Positions 53,214 through 62,522 of a stretch of DNA of 62,767 bases are shown in pieces (the first letter of the stretch is position 1; every line of letters starts with the position of its first letter). Made by a program: the position numbers and the translations under genes. The stretch lies in contig JAJUIT010000002.1 of assembly GCA_029267465.1 (NCBI GenBank), positions 1 to 62,767 of the forward strand, read 5' to 3'. Origin of the DNA: Synergistaceae bacterium. Its GTDB lineage: Bacteria; Synergistota; Synergistia; Synergistales; 79-D21. A model generated the notes under the pieces. It worked only from the letters and a program-made list of their open reading frames with translations, made no database searches and was not told the DNA's origin.

Positions 53214-53951
53214 AGTCTCCTTTTCTGAAACGACCCGGTCGGTTTCAGCGAGGACTTCTCCGATGCCGCGCTGGATCACGAGGTGCGCCCTTCCGTCAAA
53301 GGGCGTGGCTTCGCGGTTCACGATCGCCACCTTCGCTCCGCAGGCCGCGGCGACGCCGGGGAGGCAATTCGCCGGAGAAACGGCCAGGGAAGAGCCCAAA
53401 ACCACGAACAACCGAGCCGTGGAAGCCAGGCGTTCGGCTTCTTCCAGGGAGGCCTCGGGAAGATTTTCCCCGAAAAGAACCACGTCCGGCCTTAGGCGGC
53501 CCCCGCAGGCAGGGCAGAGGGGCCCTTCCAGGAGTCTCACTCCAGGGCTTTTCGCCCCGCAGGCCCTGCAGCGTGCGGTTCGCAGGCTCCCATGGAGCTC
53601 CACCACGCGGCGGGAACCCGCCTCCTGGTGGAGACCATCCACATTCTGGGTCACAATGGCCGACAGCAGGCCCCGCCTCTCCCAATCCGCCAGGATCCCG
53701 TGTCCCCGGTTCGGGGAGGCTGCCTTCAGGGCTTCCACCCTCATTCGGTAAAAGGCGTAGAACTCGTCGGGGCGGTTTTCCATGGCCCACTCCGTCGCCA
53801 GCCGGGCTGGATCATACTGCGCCCAAAGCCCCTGCCTGGAACGGAAATCCGGGAGGTTCGACTCGGTGCTCATTCCCGCCCCCGTGAGCACGACAAAGGG
53901 GCCTCCTTCCAGGATCCATTCCGCCAGCGTTTCGATGTCCTTTCTGTTCAT
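53196..53951 (-). CDS. cobB: NAD-dependent protein deacylase (Sir2/CobB family)
   Basis: 'GAGMSTESNLPDFRS', 'TQNVDGLH', and Zn ribbon 'CRACG...CPACGG'. Confidence 0.85.
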   Translation of the reverse strand: MNRKDIETLAEWILEGGPFVVLTGAGMSTESNLPDFRSRQGLWAQYDPARLATEWAMENRPDEFYAFYRMRVEALKAASPNRGHGILADWERRGLLSAIVTQNVDGLHQEAGSRRVVELHGSLRTARCRACGAKSPGVRLLEGPLCPACGGRLRPDVVLFGENLPEASLEEAERLASTARLFVVLGSSLAVSPANCLPGVAAACGAKVAIVNREATPFDGRAHLVIQRGIGEVLAETDRVVSEKETLKGPV

Positions 53952-54257
53952 GCCGACTCGCCTCCCCTGGATACAGATCGGGTTCCTGCTTCATTCTACC
54001 CTGCCTTTGCGGTTATTGATCAGTATTGATCAATCGCTCCTCACGCCTCGCCCGCCTAAAACAGGCTTTGTTTCCGGGACCTGCCCGCAGGTTGCCCCCC
54101 TCTTTCCGCGGCGCGACCATGCCTGCCGGGAAAATCCTTTCCTCCCGACTCAATCGATTTCACCCCACCTGGCTAAAAATTCCCCCAGGATTTCGGGGGA
54201 AATCCCCCTGCAAGGAGCTTGAAGAGGCTGACTTTTTTTGATCTTCAGAACGACAAA

Positions 54258-54293
54258 CCGCGGCAGGGGGAGTTTAAGCTCCCCCTGCCGCGG
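54258..54293 (-). terminator. Strong hairpin terminator after the ThrC-like gene
   Basis: Perfect 15-bp stem CCGCGGCAGGGGGAG / CTCCCCCTGCCGCGG with a 6-nt loop. The minus-strand tail is TTTGTCGTT. Confidence 0.55.
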
Positions 54294-54329
54294 TCCTCTC
54301 CTTGATGAAGTTTCTTAAAAGGCGCTCGC

Positions 54330-55427
54330 CTAGGCCGGCGGCTTTTTCAGTCCGGAGCCGGTAAGCGGAACGACGATCCGTTCTTCCGCCTTAACGCCCC
54401 CTTCTCTCATTGCCTTCGCGGCTGCGGCGGAGGCCGCTGCCGCCGTCGGTTCAACAAGAAAACCTTCTTTCGCCAGGCGCTTCTGTTCCTGGAGCACCTC
54501 GTCATCTTCCACGAGGACGCACTCTCCGCCCGTTTCGGCGACTGCCCGCTCCATCTCGGCAATTCTGGGCGGAACCGGGACCGCGATTCCCTCAGCAACG
54601 GTTTCTCTCGCTTCGCCAGCGGATTTCCCGTACAGGCGCGCGTAAAGAGGCGCACAACCTGAGCTCTGACAGGCGATGAGCCGCGGTAAACGTTCGATGA
54701 GTCCCCTGGCCAGGAGTTCGGAAAAACCTTTCCAGGCTCCCAGGAGCAGGGTCCCGTTTCCGGCGGGGATGAATAGCGCGTCCGGAGGCTGAAAACCCAG
54801 CTGTTCCCAGATCTCGAAGGCAAAGGTCTTCGTCCCCTCGAGGAAGAAGGGGTTCCAGACGTGGCTGGCGTAAAAACGCTTTTGCGCCAGTTTCCATGCC
54901 TCCCTGGCCGTCGCCGTCCGATCCCCGTCGACGGAACGCAGCTGCGCCCCGTAGGACCGGATCTGCTCCCTTTTTTTCTCCGAGGTGTTAGCCGGGACCA
55001 GGATCATCGCCTTGATCTTGCTCCTTGCCGCGTAGGCGGCGATGCTCGCCCCGGCGTTTCCCGAGGAGTCCTGGACCACTTCGGGGGACTTCAGGGCCAG
55101 GGCTTCCGCCATCACCATGACGGCCCCCCTGTCCTTGAAGGATCCGGTGGGGAATAAGAATTCAAGCTTGTAATACAGGTTCTCCGGTTCATGGGCGCGG
55201 ACCAGCGGCGTCCATCCTTCCCCCATCGTCGGTGCCTCCCGGAGTTCGAACGGGAGCGCCGATCCGTACCGCCACAACCCCTGCAGTCTTCCGTCGATCC
55301 GCAGCTCTTCCCACTCCACCGTCGTATTCAGGGGGGAACCGCAGCCGCACCGAACGGGGCGGCTGGCCGCTTCATAGCGTTGCCCGCATACCGGGCAATC
55401 CGTTCGTATCCGCTTTCCCCAGTCCAT
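54330..55427 (-). CDS. Threonine synthase-like PLP-dependent enzyme
   Basis: N-terminal Cys-rich ribbon 'CPVCGQ...CGCG' and PLP-Lys motif 'FPTGSFKDRG'. Confidence 0.75.
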   Translation of the reverse strand: MDWGKRIRTDCPVCGQRYEAASRPVRCGCGSPLNTTVEWEELRIDGRLQGLWRYGSALPFELREAPTMGEGWTPLVRAHEPENLYYKLEFLFPTGSFKDRGAVMVMAEALALKSPEVVQDSSGNAGASIAAYAARSKIKAMILVPANTSEKKREQIRSYGAQLRSVDGDRTATAREAWKLAQKRFYASHVWNPFFLEGTKTFAFEIWEQLGFQPPDALFIPAGNGTLLLGAWKGFSELLARGLIERLPRLIACQSSGCAPLYARLYGKSAGEARETVAEGIAVPVPPRIAEMERAVAETGGECVLVEDDEVLQEQKRLAKEGFLVEPTAAAASAAAAKAMREGGVKAEERIVVPLTGSGLKKPPA

Positions 55428-55461
55428 CTTTTCACCTCCGGAAAAAAAGCATCCGCGCCGT

Positions 55462-55508
55462 AATCAAACAAGGAAAGGCCCCGGGGAAATCCCCGGGGCC
55501 TTTCCTTG
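55462..55508 (-). terminator. Intrinsic terminator after bioY
   Basis: ~18-bp perfect stem CAAGGAAAGGCCCCGGGG / CCCCGGGGCCTTTCCTTG, starting 2 nt after the bioY stop. The minus-strand tail is TTTGATT. Confidence 0.7.
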
Positions 55509-55509
55509 T

Positions 55510-56073
55510 TCAGTGCCAGTCTCCCTTCCCGGCCGCCGATAGCCGGGGGCCGATGCGAGAGGCGATGAAGGCCGCCGCGACTCCCTTTAGAAGATCACCC
55601 GCCAGAAAGGGGATCATCCCGACTTTCGCGGCCTGGGCCCAGGTCATCGACTTGCCCATGACCAGGTTCACGTTCAGGTAAAGCCCAGCGAGCCCCAGGG
55701 CGTAGATCACCGCCAGGCCCGACAGGCAGGCGGTGAGGCAAACAGCAAAGCGATGTCCTTTCAGCGTTACGATCCCGGAGATGAGCCACGCTGCCAGTAT
55801 GAACCCGAGAAGGAACCCGAAGGTGGGATGAAGAACCACCGAAGGACCGCTTTCCCCCGCAAACACGGGGAGGCCGAGCAGGCCCATGGCCAGGTAAAGG
55901 ATCATCGACGCCAGAGCGGCCCGCGGCGGAAGCAGGACGCCGGAAAGAAAGACGAAAAGGACCTGGAGCGTCATTGGAACAAGGGGCAGGGGAATCCTCA
56001 CCTGTGCCCCAATGGCGGTCAGGACGGCAAAGAGGGAAGCCTGGATCATGGTGCGGGTCCGGTTTGGCATCAT
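55510..56073 (-). CDS. bioY: Biotin transporter BioY
   Basis: 'ASLFAVLTAIGAQVRIPLPLVPMTLQVLFVFLSG' is typical of BioY. Confidence 0.85.
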   Translation of the reverse strand: MMPNRTRTMIQASLFAVLTAIGAQVRIPLPLVPMTLQVLFVFLSGVLLPPRAALASMILYLAMGLLGLPVFAGESGPSVVLHPTFGFLLGFILAAWLISGIVTLKGHRFAVCLTACLSGLAVIYALGLAGLYLNVNLVMGKSMTWAQAAKVGMIPFLAGDLLKGVAAAFIASRIGPRLSAAGKGDWH

Positions 56074-56074
56074 G

Positions 56075-56104
56075 TGTCACCCTTTCTATTTTTTCTGGTT
56101 GACA
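56075..56104 (-). promoter_or_regulatory. BirA-type operator
   Basis: The minus strand reads TGTCAACC, 14 nt, GGGTGACA: an inverted repeat of TGTnAACC/GGTTnACA type. It lies between the -10 hexamer and the bioY start codon. Confidence 0.5.
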
Positions 56105-56110
56105 CCTGGC

Positions 56111-56139
56111 ATTATAGCCGCTCCCCTACTCCACCGCAA
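56111..56139 (-). promoter_or_regulatory. Candidate sigma70 promoter for bioY: TTGCGG, 17-nt spacer, TATAAT
   Basis: Minus-strand hexamers at 56139-56134 and 56116-56111. Confidence 0.45.
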
Positions 56140-56179
56140 TCCCTTGAAAAAAGCCCCCGAAAACGCTCGTTCCGACGGA

Positions 56180-57685
56180 TCAGACCGCCGTAAGGATTTC
56201 CTGCGCCAGGCCTGAAAATTTGCCCAGGTATTCCCGCCTTTCCTTCCTGAGATCTCCGATCATCTTCCTGTAGGTTTCGCTGTCCCAGACCCGGTAGGGG
56301 TCGAACCTCTCACCGTCCTCGAAGGGGTAGGTTTCCGGGATTTCGTAGCCCAGGATGTCGTCATAACGGAATCGCAGCTGGCCCCGAAGGGCTGCTTCGA
56401 TGCAGGCGAACGTAACCTCCGGGGTGATATTTGCCCCGTTGTTCCCTCCCACCCTTCCCGTGCTCATGACGTAGCAGCGGATCTGGGGGTTTTCCCTCAG
56501 GATCTGGAGAATCCGGTTCCCGTTCTTCTGGGGCTGGTTGACGATGAAGGGATCGAAACCGACCACCCGTTTCGCCTGGCCCACCCGGCTGGGGTCTTCG
56601 GCGCTGGTGATGGTAGATTCCCCGAGCATGAAATAGGCAGCCGCCTGTTCGGGGGAGATGAGCCGGCCAATGGGGGGAATGTCATAGCGCCGCATGTTGA
56701 AAAGAAGGATGTCGGTATGCGGAAGGTCAATGCGGTCCGTGGTGTTGGGAATGGCTTCCCTGGGGACCACGGCCCGGCCGTTCGTGGAGATGGCGTGGTT
56801 GTCAAAATTGATGTCCCCGTCATCGTCGACCCAGCAGTTCTCCAGGATCGCCCGGCTGTCCATGGCTGCCGCCAGGAGCGGAGGCTGCTTGCTCACGTTG
56901 TCGGTCTTGATGTAGAAGTTTCTTTCCGTTCCCAGGGAACGGCCGTCAGACAGGAGGAGGTTGATGTCGTCCTGCAGGACTTCCACCCCTTCGGGGGCTT
57001 TCAAGCCGTGATCCGCGGTGGTGATCGTCGTCTTGCCCGTTCCCGACAGGCCGAAAATCAAAAGCCCGAGTTCCTTCATTCCGCTTTCCGACTGCAGGCG
57101 GATCTTCTTGCTCCCCGCGTGAAGGCCGATGCCGTTCAGTTCCTCCCTAGCGATGTGCATCGCCATGCGCAGGGTCGCCATCTTCGCTTCCCCGTAATAG
57201 TCGCTTCCCAGGATATAGGTCACCCGCTGATTCGGGAAGACCAGGACCTTCCTCTGGTGCCATTCCGGGACCACCACGGTCACCATGTCCGCCAAGTCCT
57301 CGTCCATCTGGGGGAAGAAATTCCCGTGGAACATGTGGGCGATCCGGGAAAACCTCCTCGTGACATAGAGATTGGCCTTCAGTGGACTGCCCTCCGGGGA
57401 TCCCACGCGTGCGCTCACGCGGATCATCTGCTGCCAGCGGAGATAGCCCCAGACCTGCTCCAGCAGGGAGATCGTCCCTTCGTCGACTTCGTAGATGTTC
57501 TCGGTGAAAGCCGCGCTCCGCGAGCGGATCCTGGTGACGTAGAGTGCCGCGTTCCGGTTGTTCGGAATGCAATCCGTGGCGCTGAGATGGCGCAGCTCCT
57601 CCTCCGTCAGGTCTCGAAGGAGGCTGCGGCAAACGGGATGCCTCAGCCTCCTGTAAAAAGAGTCCTGTGCTTCTTCCAGTATCAC
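56180..57685 (-). CDS. pckA: Phosphoenolpyruvate carboxykinase (ATP-type)
   Basis: Kinase-1a 'IFGLSGTGKTT'. Start trimmed to GTG 57685, with GAAGGAGG upstream. Confidence 0.8.
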   Translation of the reverse strand: MILEEAQDSFYRRLRHPVCRSLLRDLTEEELRHLSATDCIPNNRNAALYVTRIRSRSAAFTENIYEVDEGTISLLEQVWGYLRWQQMIRVSARVGSPEGSPLKANLYVTRRFSRIAHMFHGNFFPQMDEDLADMVTVVVPEWHQRKVLVFPNQRVTYILGSDYYGEAKMATLRMAMHIAREELNGIGLHAGSKKIRLQSESGMKELGLLIFGLSGTGKTTITTADHGLKAPEGVEVLQDDINLLLSDGRSLGTERNFYIKTDNVSKQPPLLAAAMDSRAILENCWVDDDGDINFDNHAISTNGRAVVPREAIPNTTDRIDLPHTDILLFNMRRYDIPPIGRLISPEQAAAYFMLGESTITSAEDPSRVGQAKRVVGFDPFIVNQPQKNGNRILQILRENPQIRCYVMSTGRVGGNNGANITPEVTFACIEAALRGQLRFRYDDILGYEIPETYPFEDGERFDPYRVWDSETYRKMIGDLRKERREYLGKFSGLAQEILTAV

Positions 57686-57720
57686 TTTCGATTCGCCTCC
57701 TTCGATTCCGGTGCCGCTCT

Positions 57721-58344
57721 TCAGCGCCATTCCCAGCCGAGAATCTGCCCCCTGGCGAGAAGAGAGCCGAAGAGAGCCGATGCCCGTTCTTCCATTGAAA
57801 GGGGGACGGGCACCTCCATGATCACCGTTTCTTCGTAACGGCAGTTCAGGGATTCGGCCTCTACGCCGAGTTCCCTGAGGTAGAACCTCAGGTTTCCCTG
57901 TTCCTCGTAGGACAGGCGGATCACTGACGTCCGGGATGCGACCTTCCACGCGGCCCCTGCCGCCTCAAGGACCCTCCTCGCGGCGGCTCCGTAGGCTTCG
58001 ATGAGGCCCCGGACCCCCAGCTTGATCCCCCCAAAGTAGCGCGTGACCACCACCGCCGTGTTGGTCATCCCCGCCCGCTGGATGGCCCCGAGGATCGGCT
58101 TTCCCGCCGTTCCCGAGGGTTCACCCGCATCGGAATAATATTCCATTGGGGGAAATCCCACCCGGTAGGCCCAGCAGTGATGGTTGGCGTCTGGGCGAGC
58201 GGACGCGATTTCCCTCACGGCCTCCTTCGCCTCCAGCGGGGTGCGGGCCACCCGAACCGCCGCAATGAAACGCGAGCGCTTTTCCGTCATCTCGATTTCA
58301 ATCTCGGCGGCCGGTTCGAGAAAACGATCCCCTGCTTCAGTCAC
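57721..58344 (-). CDS. yigZ: YigZ / IMPACT-family protein (UPF0029)
   Basis: 'KRSRFIAAV' and 'ANHHCWAYRVG' motifs. Confidence 0.8.
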   Translation of the reverse strand: MTEAGDRFLEPAAEIEIEMTEKRSRFIAAVRVARTPLEAKEAVREIASARPDANHHCWAYRVGFPPMEYYSDAGEPSGTAGKPILGAIQRAGMTNTAVVVTRYFGGIKLGVRGLIEAYGAAARRVLEAAGAAWKVASRTSVIRLSYEEQGNLRFYLRELGVEAESLNCRYEETVIMEVPVPLSMEERASALFGSLLARGQILGWEWR

Positions 58345-58825
58345 GGACCCGGAGCGCCTCCCTGAGTTTGGCCCAGGTCACGGGAAGCGCCTCGGGCAGC
58401 ACTCGAGTCTGTCCGGTGACGGTGATGAAGTTGGTATCCCCGCTCCACCGGGGAACGATGTGGAGATGGACATGTCCATCCACTCCGGCTCCCGCGATCC
58501 GGCCGAGATTGACCCCCATGTTGAACCCGTGGGGCGACATGGCTTTCTTCAGGGCCGCAATGCAGTCGCCCGCCAGCCGGTTCATTTCGAGCAGCTCCTC
58601 GTCCAGGAGGTTCTCGTATTCAGCGATGTGCCTGTAGGGGACGACCATCAGGTGACCGGGATTGTAGGGAAACGCGTTCATGATGACAAAGCAGCTCTTT
58701 CCCCGGTGCAGGATCAGGAGGGCCTCATCGTCGCCCTTTTTGGGGAACTCGCAGAAAATGCAGCCGGGCGTTTTTTCCGCCGATTCGATATACGCCATTC
58801 GCCACGGGGAATAAAGCGTATCCAA
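58337..58825 (-). CDS. HIT-family nucleotide hydrolase/transferase
   Basis: Histidine triad 'GHVHLHIVPRW' and 'CIFC' N-terminal motif. Confidence 0.85.
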   Translation of the reverse strand: MDTLYSPWRMAYIESAEKTPGCIFCEFPKKGDDEALLILHRGKSCFVIMNAFPYNPGHLMVVPYRHIAEYENLLDEELLEMNRLAGDCIAALKKAMSPHGFNMGVNLGRIAGAGVDGHVHLHIVPRWSGDTNFITVTGQTRVLPEALPVTWAKLREALRVRD

Positions 58826-58863
58826 TGAGATTCCTCCTTCACTGTTTCACGTGAAACATTCCC

Positions 58864-59094
58864 TTACGGGCGTTTCTTCCCCCGGTCTTTCCAAAGGGGC
58901 CGGATCATCGCCCAGCCCTGAGACATTCCCACCAGGGCACCAAGAGCCGTCATGGCCGGCACCACCCACGCGGGGGCCCCCCTTCCGGCAAATTGCCTTC
59001 CCAGCAAAAGCCCCAGGATAATGAAGCCGCAGACCACGAGTGCACCGGAGAGGATCCTCGAGAAGGCAGCGATATCCTCAAACTTGAATGGCAT
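58864..59094 (-). CDS. Small two-TM membrane protein (AtpZ/AtpI-like?)
   Basis: 76-aa ORF with two hydrophobic helices and a basic tail, tightly packed after parB. Confidence 0.45.
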   Translation of the reverse strand: MPFKFEDIAAFSRILSGALVVCGFIILGLLLGRQFAGRGAPAWVVPAMTALGALVGMSQGWAMIRPLWKDRGKKRP

Positions 59095-59097
59095 GGC

Positions 59098-59976
59098 TTA
59101 CTCCTCTTCCGCCCGGAAAACGCGATCCCCTTCTTCTCGGATCAGGGCAAGAAGCCCCTCGGCCTGCCTTTCGCTCAACCCCTCGAGCCTTAGGGAAATC
59201 CCGTCGGGCCTCCGGTTTAGAGAAGCCTTGAACCCCTTCTCCCTGGAAAACGCGGCGAATTCCTCCGGGATCCGGAGCGTGTTCTTTCTCGAAGCGGGAA
59301 GGGCCGGGAGGCGATCCTTCTCCTTCTGGACGAGGTCTTCCGCCTGCCGGACCGAGAGCCCCTGCCGGACAATCCGTTCTGCCAGCTTCGTGACTTTGAC
59401 AGGGTCATCCAGTCCGGCCAGGGCCCTGGCGTGACCTTCGCTCAGCGACCGGTCCGCCAGCATCGCCTTCACTGCATCGGGAAGGGAAAGCAGCCGGAGC
59501 TTGTTCGTCACGGCAGCGCGGCTCCACCCCAGCCTCCGTGAAGCCTCTTCGTGCGAGATGGCAAACCGGGAGATCAGGTCGCGGATGCCGTCCGCCACCT
59601 CCAGGGGACTCAGGTCCTCCCGCTGCAGGTTCTCGATGAGGGCGGCCTGGACCGACTGGGATTCGTTCATCACCAGGACACGGACGGGAACTTCCTTGAG
59701 CCCGGCTAGTCCGGCTGCCCTCCATCGCCGTTCCCCGGCCACGATCTCGTAGCCCCCTCCGGCCGGGCGGACCACGAGGGGCTGGATGATCCCATGCTGG
59801 CGGATGGATTCGGCCAGGGACTCGAGCTGCTGCGGATCGATCCGCTTCCTTGGCTGAGCCGGGTTCGGCCGGATCTCCCCGATCGGAAGGCTGTGCACAG
59901 CAGCCTTGACCGGGGGGTTTTCCCCACCCGGCAAAAGCGCCCCCAGACCTCGTCCTAGAGCTTTCTGCCCAGCCAT
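59098..59976 (-). CDS. parB: Chromosome partitioning protein ParB/Spo0J
   Basis: 'IRPNPAQPRK', 'IVAGERRWRAA', plus an HTH. Confidence 0.9.
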   Translation of the reverse strand: MAGQKALGRGLGALLPGGENPPVKAAVHSLPIGEIRPNPAQPRKRIDPQQLESLAESIRQHGIIQPLVVRPAGGGYEIVAGERRWRAAGLAGLKEVPVRVLVMNESQSVQAALIENLQREDLSPLEVADGIRDLISRFAISHEEASRRLGWSRAAVTNKLRLLSLPDAVKAMLADRSLSEGHARALAGLDDPVKVTKLAERIVRQGLSVRQAEDLVQKEKDRLPALPASRKNTLRIPEEFAAFSREKGFKASLNRRPDGISLRLEGLSERQAEGLLALIREEGDRVFRAEEE

Positions 59977-60725
59977 TTCTGCGACACCTCCCTCGCAAGG
60001 TCCCTGAAAGCCTCTGCGCCTGCACTCTGGGGATCGTAGTAACCGATGGGCCGTCCGTGGCTCGGAGCTTCCGACAGCTTGACGTTGCGGGGAATGACCG
60101 TTTCAAGGACAAGGTCTCCGAACTGCCGCCGCACCTCTTCCATAACTTCCCGTGAAAGGCGAGTCCGGCCGTCGAACATCGTCATGACCAGCCCGGAAAG
60201 GGAAAGGTCTTCCCTGAGGTAGGAACGGACGAGGTCCATCGTCCTGAGGAGCTGCCCCAGGCCTTCCAGGGCAAAATATTCGCACTGCACCGGGACGAGA
60301 ATGCCGTCGCTCGCAACCAGGGCGTTCACCGTCAGAAGCCCCAGGGAGGGGGGACAATCGATCAGCACGATGTCGAACCCCTTCAGGTCCGTCATTTTCC
60401 GCCGGAGTCGACTCTCGCGGCTCATTGCCCCCGCCAGTTCCACTTCGGCTCCGGCCAGATCCAGGGTCGCCGGAAGAAGGAAGACGTTTTCCCAGGCAGT
60501 GGCCACGACGGCTTCGGAAGCGGACAGGTTTCCCGCGATCACGTCGTAGACGCTGCATTCAAGGGCGCTCCGGTCGATCCCGAGGCCGCTGCTGCTGTTG
60601 CCCTGGGGATCGGCGTCGACCACGAGAGTACGGATCCCCATCCGCCCCAGCTCCGCGGAAAGGTTGACGCAGCAGGTCGTCTTGCCGACTCCGCCCTTCT
60701 GGTTCGCGACCGCCATCACCAGCAT
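59955..60725 (-). CDS. parA: Chromosome partitioning ATPase ParA/Soj
   Basis: Deviant Walker A 'NQKGGVGKTT'. Confidence 0.9.
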   Translation of the reverse strand: MLVMAVANQKGGVGKTTCCVNLSAELGRMGIRTLVVDADPQGNSSSGLGIDRSALECSVYDVIAGNLSASEAVVATAWENVFLLPATLDLAGAEVELAGAMSRESRLRRKMTDLKGFDIVLIDCPPSLGLLTVNALVASDGILVPVQCEYFALEGLGQLLRTMDLVRSYLREDLSLSGLVMTMFDGRTRLSREVMEEVRRQFGDLVLETVIPRNVKLSEAPSHGRPIGYYDPQSAGAEAFRDLAREVSQKWLGRKL

Positions 60726-60729
60726 CGTC

Positions 60730-61425
60730 TCACCTCCACCAGGGTTTTCTTTCCAGCATCGCGGGATTCCTAGGAAATTGCTCCGGAGTGGTTTTCTCCT
60801 TTGTCCAGCGGACGATCACGCGTTCCTTCCCGTCTAGGGGATACGGGTAGAGAACCGGATCCCCAAGCCCGAGGCGGGACCACTTTTCCCCGACCGCATC
60901 CAGCTCCTCGTGGACGCGGGGGCCCTTGAAGGCCAGGAGGGTTCCCCCGACCGCCGCAAGGGGGCTCATCAGCTCCGCTAGAGGCCCCGCTGCCGTTACT
61001 GCCCTTGCCGCCGCGATGTCGAAGCCTTCGCGGTTCTTCCGGGCCAGTTCCTCGGAGCGCATGCAGACAACGGTCACGTTTCGCAGGCCGAGTGAATCGA
61101 CGATTCCCTGAAGGGCGATGCACTTGCGGCTCACGCTGTCGAGGAGGCTGATGGAAAGGCCGGGCCTGCAGATGGCCCAGACGACCCCAGGCAACCCCCC
61201 TCCCGTGCCGACATCGACAACCCGTCCTTCGCGCGGCAGGAGGGGAAGGGCCGCCGCGCAATCGAGAATATGTTCCTTCCACAGGGTTTCGGGGTCGACC
61301 GGCCCGGTGAGCCTGGCGCGCTTGTTCCCCACGACCAGGGCCTCACAGTACTCCCACAGGCGCTCCCGGTTCGCCGCCGCTTCCTCCAGGGCTGCCCCCA
61401 GGGGGAGGGGTTCCGCCGTCCTCAT
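60730..61425 (-). CDS. rsmG: 16S rRNA (guanine527-N7)-methyltransferase RsmG (GidB)
   Basis: 'VVDVGTGGGLPG' SAM motif, positioned upstream of parAB. Confidence 0.9.
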   Translation of the reverse strand: MRTAEPLPLGAALEEAAANRERLWEYCEALVVGNKRARLTGPVDPETLWKEHILDCAAALPLLPREGRVVDVGTGGGLPGVVWAICRPGLSISLLDSVSRKCIALQGIVDSLGLRNVTVVCMRSEELARKNREGFDIAAARAVTAAGPLAELMSPLAAVGGTLLAFKGPRVHEELDAVGEKWSRLGLGDPVLYPYPLDGKERVIVRWTKEKTTPEQFPRNPAMLERKPWWR

Positions 61426-61529
61426 TCCGCCCGTTTCCTCCCTTTTTCCCGAAGCTCGTCCTTACAAGGTATCATATCGTATCGGACAGGATTTCCGGGA
61501 GTTTTCGCCGGAAAGGGGGGAATCCGGTC

Positions 61530-62351
61530 TTGCCCGGGCCAAAACGGGCCTTCATCCTGGCCCTTCTGCTCCTGAACCTTTTTGCACCCCGCCTGAACCC
61601 GCTTTTGACTCCCGGCGCCGCCTGGGGCGAAACGATCCGCGCAACCGTCATGACCGTTTTCGACGGCGACACGGTGGAGATCCTTCTGGACAACGGGCGT
61701 ACCGAAAAGGTGCGCTACCTGATGATCGATGCCCCGGAGCTGCACCACCCCAAGAGGGAAGTCGAGGAGTTCGGGCTGGAAGCCGCCCTCGCAAACCGAG
61801 ACCTCGTCCTGGGGAAGCGTGTTCGCCTTGAAACCGACGTCCAGCCGCGGGACCGCTTTGGGCGGCTCCTGGCCTTCGTCTGGATCGACCGGCCGGACGG
61901 TTCCATCCTTGTCAACGAAAAACTGGTGGAGGAAGGGTTTGCGGTGCCCTTCACGCTTCCCCCCAATGTCCGTTACCTGGAAAGGATCCGGTCCGCCCTG
62001 ATGCGCGCCCGAAATGGGGGAAAGGGCTTCTGGGGGGTCGCCGCCGGGCGTCTCTTTACCCCGAAGCAGGTCTGGGCCGACCTGCCCCTCCTGGCGGGCT
62101 GCTTTCTCACCCTCGAGATGCACGTCGACGGGATGACCCGTTCAAAAACCGGCTGGCGGCTGTTTGAACGGGGAGCACGCACCACTCTCGTCCTGTTCGA
62201 CGATCCTCCCGGCCTCTTTGGCCCGATCGCCGCTCTCAAGGGAACCCGCGTCCGGGTTGTGGGAAAGGTCCAAGCCTCCTACCGCGGGGCGGAGATTCAT
62301 GTCAGCGATCCGGTGCAGATTCTCTCGGTTTTCCACCCCGCCCGCCCCTAG
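61530..62351 (+). CDS. Secreted thermonuclease (SNase) family protein with a C-terminal OB-like extension
   Basis: Signal-like N-terminus, then 'VFDGDTVEI', 'RYLMIDAPE', 'DRFGRLLAFVW'. Confidence 0.8.
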   Translation: MPGPKRAFILALLLLNLFAPRLNPLLTPGAAWGETIRATVMTVFDGDTVEILLDNGRTEKVRYLMIDAPELHHPKREVEEFGLEAALANRDLVLGKRVRLETDVQPRDRFGRLLAFVWIDRPDGSILVNEKLVEEGFAVPFTLPPNVRYLERIRSALMRARNGGKGFWGVAAGRLFTPKQVWADLPLLAGCFLTLEMHVDGMTRSKTGWRLFERGARTTLVLFDDPPGLFGPIAALKGTRVRVVGKVQASYRGAEIHVSDPVQILSVFHPARP

Positions 62352-62371
62352 CGGTACAGGCAGCGGGCATG

Positions 62372-62400
62372 TTTTCCACAATTTTTTCCACATATCCACA
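62372..62400 (+). promoter_or_regulatory. Cluster of three co-oriented DnaA-box-like 9-mers
   Basis: TTTTCCACA (62372-62380), TTTTCCACA (62384-62392) and ATATCCACA (62392-62400). Each is one mismatch from TTATCCACA. Confidence 0.45.
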
Positions 62401-62522
62401 ACCCGGCATTGATCACCTAGTCTTTATTCCACCGTATTAAAGTATATCTATGGTAGCCGCGTTGTCTTGCTATTCTTTTTATGTACCATGATAATGAAAA
62501 GAGAAAGGGAGGTGTATTCCCG

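Noticed and set aside
53196-53951. SIR2-domain gene as a possible anti-phage (Thoeris/DSR/SIR2-HerA-like) component
   Set aside because: It has the canonical sirtuin deacylase motifs plus an intact Zn ribbon and normal CobB length. It has no partner genes (no TIR, HerA, pAgo or similar), so it looks housekeeping.
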